A DNA stretch of 64,000 bases from Vicugna vicugna (lineage: Eukaryota). Position numbers and translations under genes: made by a program. The stretch covers positions 248,001 through 312,000 of the forward strand of contig MU058221.1 of the NCBI GenBank assembly GCA_013265495.1. Reading direction: 5' to 3'. Below are positions 50,621 to 62,929 of this stretch, piece after piece. The notes under the pieces are model-generated. The model searched no databases, was not told the DNA's origin, and worked only from the letters and a program-made list of their open reading frames with translations. Each line of letters begins with the position of its first letter. Position 1 is the first letter of the stretch.

Positions 50621-52338
50621 GCTGTGGCTCGTGCAGTCCGCTCTTCTCAATATTCAGCTCGGCCCCAGCTAAGTACCTGCAGGGAGTATCCACATGCACC
50701 CCTGTCCTCGCTTGTGCTTGCACAGGTCTTCTTCTCCAGCGTTCTGCCCGCAAATGCCAGCCGCTGAAGTGTCTTGAATCTCCTATCTCTACCTCCCAAG
50801 TTTTGAGAAGACTCTTGGATCTGCCTGAGTCTGTGGCAGTGACATGCCCCCAGGTGGACAGCGGGAGCAATCTTGGGGCTCATTTTGTGTGCTTCCCTTC
50901 TGCCAAGGATCACAGTACTTTGCTACATGCTGTCCAATGCCTTTCAAAAATGTGACCATCAGTATGAGAGAGTGTGAAAGAGAAGGGAGTACAGAAGAGT
51001 AAAATGTGCCTCACCCACTAAAAAAAAGTCAGCATGTGGGAAAAAGTGATGTTTAATTAATTATGATACAAAACATGTACTTACGGGCATGGTGAAACTG
51101 ATAAGAGTTGTACTGGATCATCTCAGTGTTGTCTAATAATTTTAAAACAGAATTTCATCATATGGGGTTTACAGTAGTAATGCTATATTATAGAAACAAC
51201 TTAGAACACGAAAAATTAACACTGGTTTTGGAAACAGACATGATTCTGAGGAGCTGCAAATTTGATTTAATATGTTGGATGCCAATTCTCTTATCTAATC
51301 AATAAAGATACTATTGTTTGCCTCTCGAGATTGGTTTGAATATTCTAGATTTTAATTTTTAAAACACTTGTAGATCATTAGATGAAGCTGATAATAATAA
51401 TGGTGATGAAACAGTTATTTTTATCTTATAAGCAGAAAAAACAGTGAACTTTCTGGGAGTATCTGCTCTAAGGAAGGGTCAGTAATTTATTTACAGTTTT
51501 CCTGGCACTGCATTAGACAGGCTGGTAAAATGCTATCTGGATGACATCCATGGAAATCTTTTTAACTCTGCTCCTGGCCTGTTTAATCAATTCATCATGA
51601 AAAGTGCTTTACGGAAAGCAGCAGTATTGCTATTATCCCACATGCACAATCCTTCTTTCATATTTTGATTCCATAAATGTCACATCTTTGATGACTTTAA
51701 AAGTAATCTTTATGGGAAGTGCAGTGCTTAACATACAGTACTAAGGAAATCCACCCCTTCTCCCCAAACAATCATACATTTATGGTGAAGGAAAAAAAAA
51801 TGTTCCTTTTCTCTCTAAATAAAAGGGCAACACAATCAAAGCTGAGGAATGAATATTTGTAGAGAAGTGAGGTAATTAGAACAATTAGAAACAAATGCAG
51901 TGTAATTGCAGTGCATTTTTCTTTCAGCTATTTATACAGCGAAAGATCTAGGGCAACAACCATGCTGTACACTGCTAGCGTTAGCAGTGGGTGTACTATT
52001 GGTATGATTAAAAAAAATAGAGTCATAAGTAAACTTTGCTAACATTTCCAAGGAAAATTCACTAGGGAAAGGACGTTGCACTTATATAGCTTCATAACGA
52101 TTGTAATTTTTATAATACGGAAAGGTTAATTTTTAATCTTTAGGCTATTTCACAGAAAAGCATGATTTACTGCTCTTGAAGCTAATTCTGAGTTACAGGT
52201 GTTTGTCAGATCTTTGATGTGTGACATACCAAGCAATAGGAAAATAAGACAAAACATTATATGTGTCTGTGTGTGTATCTTTTTATTTATAATTTATATA
52301 GTGTACTTTATATAACACTATTCAAAAAGGATTTCAAA

Positions 52339-55300
52339 GAGTTGTGATCAAGATGACAGAATAAGAGGACATGGAACTCACCTCCCCCACAAGCACATAA
52401 GAAATACATCTACATGTGAAACAATTCTACAGGAAACTAACTATAAACTGGCAGAATAATTCCTATAAAATCAAGGCTACAAGAAAGATTCCTATGCAAT
52501 AAGGTAGGGCAGGAAGAAAAGCATCAGATTAAAACTTGTGCACCGGAGAGGAGACTAAAAGGAAAAAGGAGACTGCACAGACAGACAGTTGCCCTGACGT
52601 GTCAGCAGGTTAGGTCACAGACTGGGAGTCCTAGTCCTGAGGTCTTATGCATAGGAGACAAGCCCCCTTGGCTGAATGAGAACTACTGGGAAAGACAGAA
52701 AGGCTCAAGAAGCCTACATTCCACTCCGTGAGGAGTGTGCAGGTGTAGGCTTGCCATCAGACAGGGTAGAGAGAGGTCTGCTGTAGCACCTGCTGCCTCA
52801 TAGTCTCAATCTGAGCTGGGTGAGATGCCCCAGCCTCCCTTTACTATGTGCCACAGCTTGGCACTAGATAGATCTAGGGCAGCCAGGTCCTGGGAAAAGA
52901 CTCAATCCAGGGACATAGCGGTGGCTCTGGCATCTGGAGTGTGGTCCAGATGGGTCAATGGCAGCCACTGTTGGTGCTTACTCACACAGTACTACAGAAG
53001 CAGCCAAGACTTCTGAGGGCAGTGCAGTCTGTTCAATACCGACAATCACAAAACTGCCGCCCTCAGTCAGAGTTAAGTGAATGCTCTGGTCCTGCCCACA
53101 ATATGCCACAACCTTGCACTAGATCTGGGAGGACCACAGCAGGGTGAAAATGTGAACCCAGGTTATGTCTTAGCAGAGCCACAGACATCTGCAGTTACAT
53201 CAGACATCTGTAAGGGCGTGAGTCCCGCTTACTGCGGCACCCCCATCCTTCCGGAGAAGGAAAAACACACATTTAAGGGAACAAAACCAACTTTAGCCTG
53301 AACCTCAGGGCTTCTGCTCCAACAGTGTGAGAGCAAACCCTGCCCCTCACAAGACAATGACTGCCACTGAGCAGAGAGGAAGTCCGCTAGCACACTCTGT
53401 GCTGGCTTTAGCTCCTCCAACACTAGCTGCGTAACCGTCAAGGTGACAGTGGCCAGAAAACCACGAGGAAAGATTTGGCTGGTATCCACATCAAATCCAG
53501 TCCTCACACCAAAGACATTGGGCAGGTATAGTTTATATAAGGAGGCTCCCGCATAAAAACCCACTGTAAAGACCATAGTAGATAACTGTTTCACCTGAAT
53601 TCATAAATACAGAGAAAGTTGGGCAAAATGAAAAAGCAGAGGAACTACTGTCAACTGAAAGAGCAAGAGAAAACCCCTGAAAAAAAAAATGAAACAGAGA
53701 AAATCAATCTACCAAACAATAAATGTTAAAAATTGGTAATAAAAATACTAGCTGAACAAAGATAATTGGTTTAAGCACAGATCATTATAACAAGAAACTA
53801 GAAACTACAAAGAGTCCAATCAAAAATATATAATCTATAAGGTAAAAAGCACTCTAGAAGCAGTGGATGGCAGATTAAAGACAAACAAGAACGATAAGTG
53901 ATCTGGAAGATAGAATAATGAGAATGACTAAGTCAGAAAAGCAGAGAGAAAGACAAATAAAAACCAGCACAGTAGGTATACGGGGTTATAGAGAACATGT
54001 CAACAGTCACATAACAGGGATTCCAGAAGAAGGGGTGATCAAAATGTATTTGAAGAAATTATGACTAAAAACTTCCCAAACCTAAAGAAGAGAACGAATG
54101 TCTAAGTACAGGAAACACAGAGGATCCCAAACAAGACGAACCCAAATAGACCCACATCAAGAAAAGCCATAATTAAAATGGCAAAATTAAAGAAAGAATG
54201 CTGAAGACAGTAAAAAAGAAAAACAAAGAGTCAGATACAAAGAAATCCCCATAAAGCTGTCAGCTGATTTTTCTGCAGGAACTTTGCAGGCCAGAGTGGA
54301 GAGGAATAATATACACAAGCCGTGAAGGGAAACCCTGCAACCTAGGGTGCCCCACCAAGCAAGACTGCCATGCAGAACAGAGGGAGACAGAGAGAGCTTC
54401 TCAGACAAGCAAAAGCTAAAAGAATTCGGCAATACTAAATGTATCACACAAGACGTGTAAAAGGGTCTTCTCTAAATACAAAAGAATCAAGAATCTATAG
54501 GAAAGGAAAAAAAATCTCAATATGAAAGGCAAATATATAGTAAGGACTGAAGGTCACATAAATGAACCAGTAAGTAGATTCAAAAACAAAAACAAAAACA
54601 AACAAATAATTGCAAAAGCAAATATAACTACAATAAACAGTAAAGGGATAAGATGAAAATATCCAAAACACAAAATGTCGGGGAGGGGAGTAAAAGTGTA
54701 GACCTTTTAGAATGTGTTTGAACCGAGTTTTTATCAGTTTAAAGCAAGTAGGTATAATTATGGGTAAACACATATGAACCCTATGGTAACTGCAAGTCAA
54801 AAACCTACACTAGATACACAAAAATGACAAAGGAACTCAAGTATAATACAAAACAAAATCATCAAATGCAACTAGAGAACCAAAAAGAAGAAATGAACAG
54901 AAGAGAGCTACAATCAACTGGAAAACAAGGAATAAAATGTCAAAAAATACAAACCTGTCAATAATTACTTTAAATGTCCATGAACAAATGCTCCAATTAA
55001 AAGACATAAGGTGGCTGACTGGATGTAAAGCATACAACATGCTGTCTACACAAGACCCACCTCAGGGCCAAAGACACACACAGACTGAAAGTGAGGAAAT
55101 GGAAAAAGATATTTTATGCAAATAGAAATGACAAGAAATTGGGGGTAGCAATACTCATACATGACAAAATAGATTTCAAAACAAAGGCTATAATGAAAGA
55201 CAAAGAAGAAAGTTATATGATGACACAGAGGTGAGTACAAGACGAGGATATTACAGTTGTTAACATACACACACCCAGTATAAGAGCACCTAAATATACA

Positions 55301-56936
55301 AAGTGAAAACTGAAGACATAAAGGGAGAAGTTGACAATAGTACAATTATAATGAGACTTTAGCAGCCTGCTGACATCAGTGAACGCATCATCAAGATGGA
55401 AAATCAATAAAGCAACAGAGGTTTTAAATGACACAATAGACCAGTTTAACTTAATTGATATCTGCAAGACATTAAATCCAAAAGAGGCAGAATACACATT
55501 CTTTTCAAGTGCACATGGAACATTCCCAAATAGATCACATAATAGGTCATGAAACAAACCCTGACAAATATGAGGGTAGAAATTATATCCTGCATTTTTT
55601 CTGGCTACAACAGTATGAAGCCAGAAATCAACTACAGAAAGAAAAAGAAAAAATCTAGAGACTAAACAGCATGCTACTAAAAAAATAATGAGTCCCCCAT
55701 GAAATCAAAGAGAAACTCAAAAAAGACAAAAATGAAAACACAATATTCAAAAATCTATAGGATACAGCAAAAGCAGTTCTAAGAAGAAAGTTCATTGACT
55801 ACAGGCTTTTCACAAGAAACAAACAAAAATCCAAATAAACAACTTAACATGCCACCTAAAAGAATTAGAAAAAGAAGAGTAAACAAGGCCTAACGTCATC
55901 AGAAGCAAGGAAATAACAAAAAAAAAAATTGAAATTGAGAAAAAAAAACAGAGGCAAAAGTAGAAAAATGTCAGTAAAATCAATGTGGTTTTTTGGAAAG
56001 GTAACCAAAGTTGATAAGCACTTAGCCAGGCTTCCTCAGAAGAAAAGAGAAGAACCAAATAAAGAAAATAGGGAAAGGAAGACGAGAAATAGCAAAACCA
56101 ACATCACAGAGATGCCAAGAGAGCACGCTGAGCAACTAGACACTGACAAACTGGATGGCCTGGAAGGAATGGGCCGATTTCCTGAAACACACAGCCTGTC
56201 AAGGCCAAGTCAGGAACGAGCAGACAACGATAAGAGACTCATCACGAGAAGTAGAACTGAATCTGTAACCAAAAAAAACCTCCCAGCAAACAAGCCCAGG
56301 GCCAGACGGCTGCTCAGGGGATGCAGACAAACTTGTAAAGAGGTAACACCTGCCATTTTCAACTCTTCCAAAATTTGAAGAGGAGGGGACACTTCCAAAT
56401 TAATTCCATGAGGGCACTATCACCCCGATAGCAAAACCAGACCAAGACACTACAGAAAGGGGAAAGCACAGGTCAATACATTTCATGCATATAGATGCAA
56501 AAACCCTCGACAAAACACTAGTAAATCCAAACTGACAGTACATAAAAGGATCACACAACACGATCAAGCTAGATTTATTTCAGGGTCACACAGAGGGTTC
56601 AACATTCACAAATCAATCAATGTGATCTACCACATTAACAAAATCAAAGACAAATATTACACAACCATCTCACTAGATACAGAAAGAAGAAGCATTTGAC
56701 AAAATTCCACATCCATTCGTGATAAAAACTATATCTAAGTAGATATAGAGGGGGCATATCTCAACATAATAAATGCCATTTATGACTACTCACAGCCAAA
56801 CTAATACTCAGTGGTGAAAAGCTGAAGCCTTTCCGCCACAATCAGAAGCAGACCAAGGATGCGCACTCTCACTCCTCTGTGCATCGCCGTGTGAGAAGTC
56901 CTAGCTATAGCATCGAACAAGAGAAAGAAGTAAAAG
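52339..56936 (+). mobile_element. Long L1 (5' UTR, ORF1 from 53628, ORF2 from 54937) truncated within the RT domain
   Basis: 5' end caagatgacagaataag. ORF2 start MSKNTNLSIITLNV. Collinear EN and RT remnants ending at caagagaaagaagtaaaag. Many stops and frameshifts. Confidence 0.95.
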
Positions 56937-57094
56937 TGAGAAACACCTCAAAAATGTTGTTTTTAATAATGTTTGCTACCTGGAAAAGAATTTTTGAAAA
57001 ATACCTGGCTGGTGGCATGGTGGGAAGAGTGTCAAATTTAAATTCACATTTGGTGACAGAATTGATAACACGGCTTAGTCAGGAGCCCAGGCTT

Positions 57095-57325
57095 ATACAC
57101 CAGGCATATTAAAGTTCAGACCATCTCTACCAGCTGGGCCCTCGGTGGGGTCACTACACATGTGTGCCTCCACTTCCTCATCTGAAAACTGAGGACTGCA
57201 TGGCCTTTGGCCTGGGTCACTGTGGGAATGAGGGCGACACCATATACGTGTGTCTGGGTGTGTGTGTGCATGAATGTATATAAATATCTGACACACAGCG
57301 GGCACTTAACGGGAGTTATGATTAA
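57095..57325 (+). mobile_element. MIR relic
   Basis: gtgcctccacttcctcatctgaaaactgagga. Confidence 0.65.
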
Positions 57326-57944
57326 TTCATAGCCCTAAAGTAATCTAATATGGAGTATTTCTTTCTAATATCTTTTTATGTTTAATGACCATGACCAAGA
57401 CCTGTGATTGATCTGTATAAGTAAAAAGAACAGCCATAAATTTTTTTAGTGGGTTCAGGTAAATTTTACCTTTGTTATGTTCACATTTTATAAATAAATA
57501 AACAAATAAATAGAAAGGTCAGTACATTTATACACACACACAAACACACATATAAAATATAGTTTTTTTTTTAAATTAGCAGTACACAAAAAGAGTTTAC
57601 TAAATTCATCAAAAACATAACTTGTCACTTTTGGATGGTAAAATAAGGGAGATTTCTTAGATTATTTTTTGTTCTTTTTTGAATTAAAAAAATATTCCAA
57701 AGATGAAAGTTGCACCGTTTAATTTTGTCTTGATGAACTTTACTGCTCCGTATGTTTGTTTTGAAAGTTTCCTCTGCAAGACCGGAGGTTCTTGTCCTTT
57801 GTGCGAGTACTGCTAAATTCATATTAAGCTAAATTTACTTTGAAGTCAAGAAATTAAATTAAAAATTTAAATTAACCAGAAAATAAGACAATTGGCAAAT
57901 AATATTTATTAAAGAGTCAGAGACAAGAATAAATTTGGATGCCC

Positions 57945-58400
57945 TTGGAAGGCTGCGGCCAGTGGCCTTGGAGGAGGCGGCCGCGGGACTCCAGGCCAAG
58001 GCCACCGCGTGCTTGCCGCGTGACGTAAACAACGGCGGGACGCCCGCTGGTGCTGGTGCGTAAGCCCCACGGACGAACGGAGGAACGAACGCTGCGCAGG
58101 CGCGGGCAGAACAGATAAAAGCGGGGCCACCGCCACGCGGGGGCGCCATCCTGCCAGACTAGGAGGAAGTGCTGCGCGTCGCCGCCGCCCGCCGCGCGCA
58201 CCACCTTGTGGCCGTACAAGAAAGTGCGGCCTCTCTCTGGCCGGCTCCTGGTGCAGGTGTTCCGCGGCGTGGCAGCTCCTCGCACATTTTTCCGGTTGGG
58301 CCGCTCACCCCCTCGGATCCCACTTCCGCCCCCTCGGCTGACCGTGCGCCATGGAAACACCGCGGAGAAAGTCACAGCTGAACTCTGCGGTGCAGTTCCA
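57945..58400. promoter_or_regulatory. CpG island, promoter-like
   Basis: Dense CpG. TGACGTAA at 58021 overlapping GTAAACAA, NRF1-type TGCGCAGGCGC at 58093-58103, CTCF-like CCACGCGGGGGCGC at 58133-58146, AGGAAGT near 58164. Confidence 0.6.
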
Positions 58401-59192
58401 TTAACATTAAAATCGTGAGGCTGCGCTCCATTATAAGCATCCCAGATGGCAGCTGATTAAACTTGACCCGAGTGAACTTTCAGGAGGACTAATTCTGATA
58501 TAAGAGCTGAGTGAAGTGTTTGCTTTTTAAATTTCTAATTTAGAAGCTCTTTGATTTTACGCTAATCTAAGTCAAACTACTTTAAATTGAGACATGTCTC
58601 AGCAGGGCTGGTCTGTATTAATTAATTATTTGCATATGCAATTCATAGTTGCTGCCAACTTTTTAAAATTACTCATCGCAGTTACTGCTTCTGGAAATGA
58701 AGCTCAGGAAAGCAAAAAGTTACTACTATTTATGAAACATAAACATCATTTCAGCCTCAAAATACTTATCAAAAAGTATCACTAATCCCATTTAATAAAA
58801 GAAGAAATTTTATATCAAGGGACTGAATCACTTCTGGCCAAATATTTGTCAATAATTTACTTAAACCCAGGTATATGTAATTCTGAACCCAAAATTTGAC
58901 ATTTTTTAAATCGATGCTGCTCCCTGTAATAATCAATAATTATTGTCTAAATTAATACAACTCATCATTGATAGAGCTCTCCCACAGGGTGTTTAGTCAG
59001 TGGTGTGGGACAGGGTTCCAATCTCCCTCTCTCTCTCTATATATATATACATATATCTGTAACTCATTAATAAAAATTTGAGAAAACATACTTGGTTTTG
59101 TCAAAACCGTAATCAATAAAACTACACCACTGGCCTGGAATAAACATTATGTTTCTTTAAATGAAGTAAAGCTGCTCACAAGCATCTCTGGC

Positions 59193-59652
59193 TTTTTCGC
59201 TGAGACATACGTGATGCACAATATTATATAAATTTCTGGTGTACAACACAGAGGTTCAAAATTTTTAAGGTTATATTCCATTTATAGTTATTATAAAATA
59301 CGGATTACCTCCCCTGTGCTGTGATATAAATCCTTGTAGCTTATTTATTTTATACACAGTAGCTTGTACATCTTAATCTCTACCTCCTATGTTGCCCCTC
59401 CCTCCTCCCTCCCTCCCTCCACTGGTGACCACTAATTTGTTCTCTGTATCTGTGAGGCTGTTTCTTTTTTGTTATGTTGACTAACTTGTTTTAATTTTTA
59501 GAGTCCATGTATGTATGATCTCAACAGTATTTGTCTTTACCTGACTTAACTTAGCATGGTCCTCTCCAAGTCCATCCATGTTGTTGAAAATGGCAAAATT
59601 TCCTTCTTTTTTATAGCTGAGAAGTATTTCCATTGCATGTATCACATTTTCT
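59193..59652 (-). mobile_element. L1 3' end
   Basis: ggtgtacaacac...ctggtgaccactaatttgttctctgtatctgtgag...tccatccatgttgttgaaaatggcaaaatttcc. Confidence 0.85.
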
Positions 59653-59679
59653 CTGATATTTTTAACCAAGACACAATAA

Positions 59680-61393
59680 AGAAAGTCTACCATTTGATTA
59701 AAAATACAATATGTCATGACTCTGTTGAGTGAGGGCAAGGGAGGAGGGGGGTGATTTCAGAAACCCTCACAGCAAAGAAGGAAAATCAAAGTGATCATCT
59801 TAATGCTACAGGAAACATGCTTCTTGATAAAACAGAACACAGCAAGCACTATTACCATTGTTTCCGTTAAACATTTTACTGGAGACCTAGCAGTTACCCC
59901 ACCAAGTGTTGCGATAAAAATTTTAAAAAGAAAACACGTCAAGATAAAGAACAAGACGTCCTTTATGTTGTGATGGTCTTGTTTTCCCTCCACCTGATAC
60001 ATTGAATAAATGCATTCCTGTCAAAATTACAACAAAGTGCTTTTCATAACCCTCGACAAGCTACTTCTCAATTAATATTCGCTAACAAATGCGTAGATTG
60101 TCATGGAGGAAATATAGACCCTATAAACCAGGGGAGCAGAACAAAGGGCCCAGAAGTTTATCTGTGCATGTGTGGAAGCATAGAAGATGCACAATACTGG
60201 AAAATAATTAGACTGCTTCCTCACGTAAAATACAATAATTCTAGGTGGAACCAAGAAAATTTAAAAAATAGGAAAAACTTATAAATTTTAAACAAAACAT
60301 AAAAAAGCACAAACCCTAAGAGAAAATGGGCTAATCTCCAAAACAAAGTTTTCCTAGATGTTAAAAGATGCTTAAAAAATTAAAAACATAAACCACAAGC
60401 TAGGGAAAGAAATGAGACCTGTATCACTAAAAATTAGTTAATACCATATATACATATATATTAATTTATACATATATATTTATTTATACATATATTTATT
60501 TATTTACATATATATTACAAATATATTCATTTATATATTCTTTAAACATTAATTTTTTAAAAATGGAAGAAAGCTCAGTAGAAATTGAACAGTAGGCATA
60601 AATAGGCTTTTCACAGAAAAGGACATGGAAATGGCTGATAAAGATGAAAAATACATAAAATGCTGGTGTTGAGGAAATCCGCACTAAACCACACTGGGTC
60701 CCATTTAATGGAAACCAGCCTTGGTTTTTTTCTACAGCGTAGACCAGGAAGGCGGACTTCTGTCCCCCGCTGGAGGGCTAGCAGGTCTATGGCAGCTGAG
60801 AGACACACGCCATCTAGTGGTGCGGAAGCGGCACAAGCGCTAAGACGCCAGCGCTTCCTCCCAGGAGCGCAGCCCCGGAAGGTGTGTCCCACGCCCACTA
60901 GGAAGCACGTGCGTGAGCGGGAACGGCGCCCGTGCTCGAGCAGCACACACCCACCCGCCAGCAGAGGGGGCGGCGAGTTGCGGGTTCCCGTGGGACGCTA
61001 CGGAGTGTGCCAAGCAAAGAAACACCCCCAGACTCCTAAGCGTTAGTGAACTTCAGAAGTGCAACGACGTGTAAGAGGAGGAAGGCACAGGAGTAAGTGT
61101 GTTTCAACCTCACTTACATAGTTTAAAAAATGTCTGTGTGGTTTGAAGGATGACGCATACATGGTGGAGCCATGCAGGCGCAGGGAGACATAGACACAAA
61201 ACTCGGGACCGTCTTTGGTTCCTGTTTGGGGGGGGGCTGCATCATGAAACACGCAGAGAGGGACCCTCCGAGGGTATCATTTTATTAATAATACTTAGTT
61301 TCACAAGTGGAGTGGAATGTCTTAGGTGTTCATTTGACTGATCTTTCTAGCCCATGTCATCATATTGTTATGTATTAAGTATTTCATAATAAA
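59680..61393 (+). mobile_element. Ancient, fragmented L1 (ORF2 end and 3' UTR)
   Basis: ttcacagaaaaggacatggaaatggctgataa near 60610. 3' terminus tattgttatgtattaagtatttcataataaa. Confidence 0.6.
60807..60820 (-). promoter_or_regulatory. Strong CTCF core motif
   Basis: Reverse strand CCACTAGATGGCGT versus consensus CCASYAGRKGGCRS (13/14 match). Confidence 0.55.
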
Positions 61394-61699
61394 CAAGCAC
61401 TTTAAGCATTTACAAGGAATGACCTCTGAGACATACTATTGAGAGCAACAATAAGAAGTCGAAAACAAGGAGGACTTACGCAGGTCTGCTGCCGTTTTGA
61501 TGACGTGAAAAACTGCTGTATGGGATATTTCCTCATACAGTAAAATAAATTCGCTCTAGAAGTAATAGGCAAAAGCGTACTCCTTTGTCTCTTGAAACTG
61601 GGCAGCAAGTGGGTAACAGATCTAGCACCAGAGAGGTTTAAAAAACCTGCCAGAGCTCCCAGGAGTGGCAAAGTCAGGCCCAGTCTCACTCCTTCCCGT

Positions 61700-62100
61700 G
61701 GTTCGTAGTCACTTGCTGAGCATAAGCTCTGTGCCAGGGGTTGCTCAGGCCTCTTTGATGTGTCAGAGAACAAAATGCAGAACTCTGGCCTCATTTAACC
61801 AGATTCTAGCTGGAGGAGATGGGAATAGCAAATAAACACAATAGATAAATAAATATTATTAGATCAAATATCGTATTAGAAGGTGATAAATGCTGAGGAT
61901 ATAACAGCAGAATGGAAGCCTGGGAGGGGGAGGGCAGTGTGAGCTTGCAGTGTTAAATAGAGCAGCCAGGGCAGGCCTCATCAAGCGAGCGAGGACTGAA
62001 GAAAGGCTTGGGGAGGTGAGTGGGTGAGCCACGCCTGTGTCTGGAGGAAGAACACGCGAAGTAGCCAAAGCAGGCCTTGAGGAAGCAGGCGCAGCGCCCA
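61700..62100 (-). mobile_element. L2 relic
   Basis: gctgagcataagctctgtgccagg...gtgataaatgct...cagggcaggcctc...gtgagccacg...ggccttgagg. Confidence 0.7.
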
Positions 62101-62929
62101 GGCTGGCAAAGTCAGTTCTGATTCGAAGTTCCATCACTGTCTCTACTGTGCTCCGCTGAGACTTCCTGTCTGAGAGTCCCGCCGTTTCCCACACTGACAC
62201 GAGTTGTGTGAGCAGAAACAAACGTTTCCTTTCAGAAGTGTCCATTAGTTTGCAATGTAATGTTTTATATAAATTGCGTATGTTCCTAAAATGGGCATGA
62301 ATTGGGATTGCACTGTGGGTTCAACTCAGAAATATCATGAAAGACTGCAACAAGGATGTTGCGCAGAGTCTTAAAGTCTTACCCATCTTTTCTCTCATGG
62401 GGCACATGGAAAACACACTTGTTTCCCCAAAATGAATGCATTAAATCCAGAATAAAGGAAGCAGAAAAAGCAATATTGCCTAGGCCTCGATCATTTTTTC
62501 CCTAGCCTATTTTAAAATCTAGGGTGGGAAGCTTTTTCTATAACCCTGTCTTTGCAAGGAGATTTTCTCAAAATGAAACACGTTTTCTGGTTTAAAAAAA
62601 ATATATGCATCAGCATATAAAGAAGAAATAAAGCAGTCAATACTAGGAACATGACATGCTGCTAAAAGAAAGGAAAAACCATCTCAGTGTACCTGGGGGA
62701 TCCGTGGAGGAAAAGGGAAAAACAAAGACTGCAAATTCTATCCTCACAAAATACGCTGCTGGAAAGACTTAAGTTGTTTTAACCTTCTCTCTCCAAACCA
62801 CTGGTTTCCTTGACCTTGCAAAACTCAGTCGGTATCTGTTCACATACCTGTGGAAACAAGAGCAGTGCTGCCTTCTCTCTGCGGATCCTCTGGGATAATT
62901 TAGTGACTTTAATATCTAATACCAGCTAC

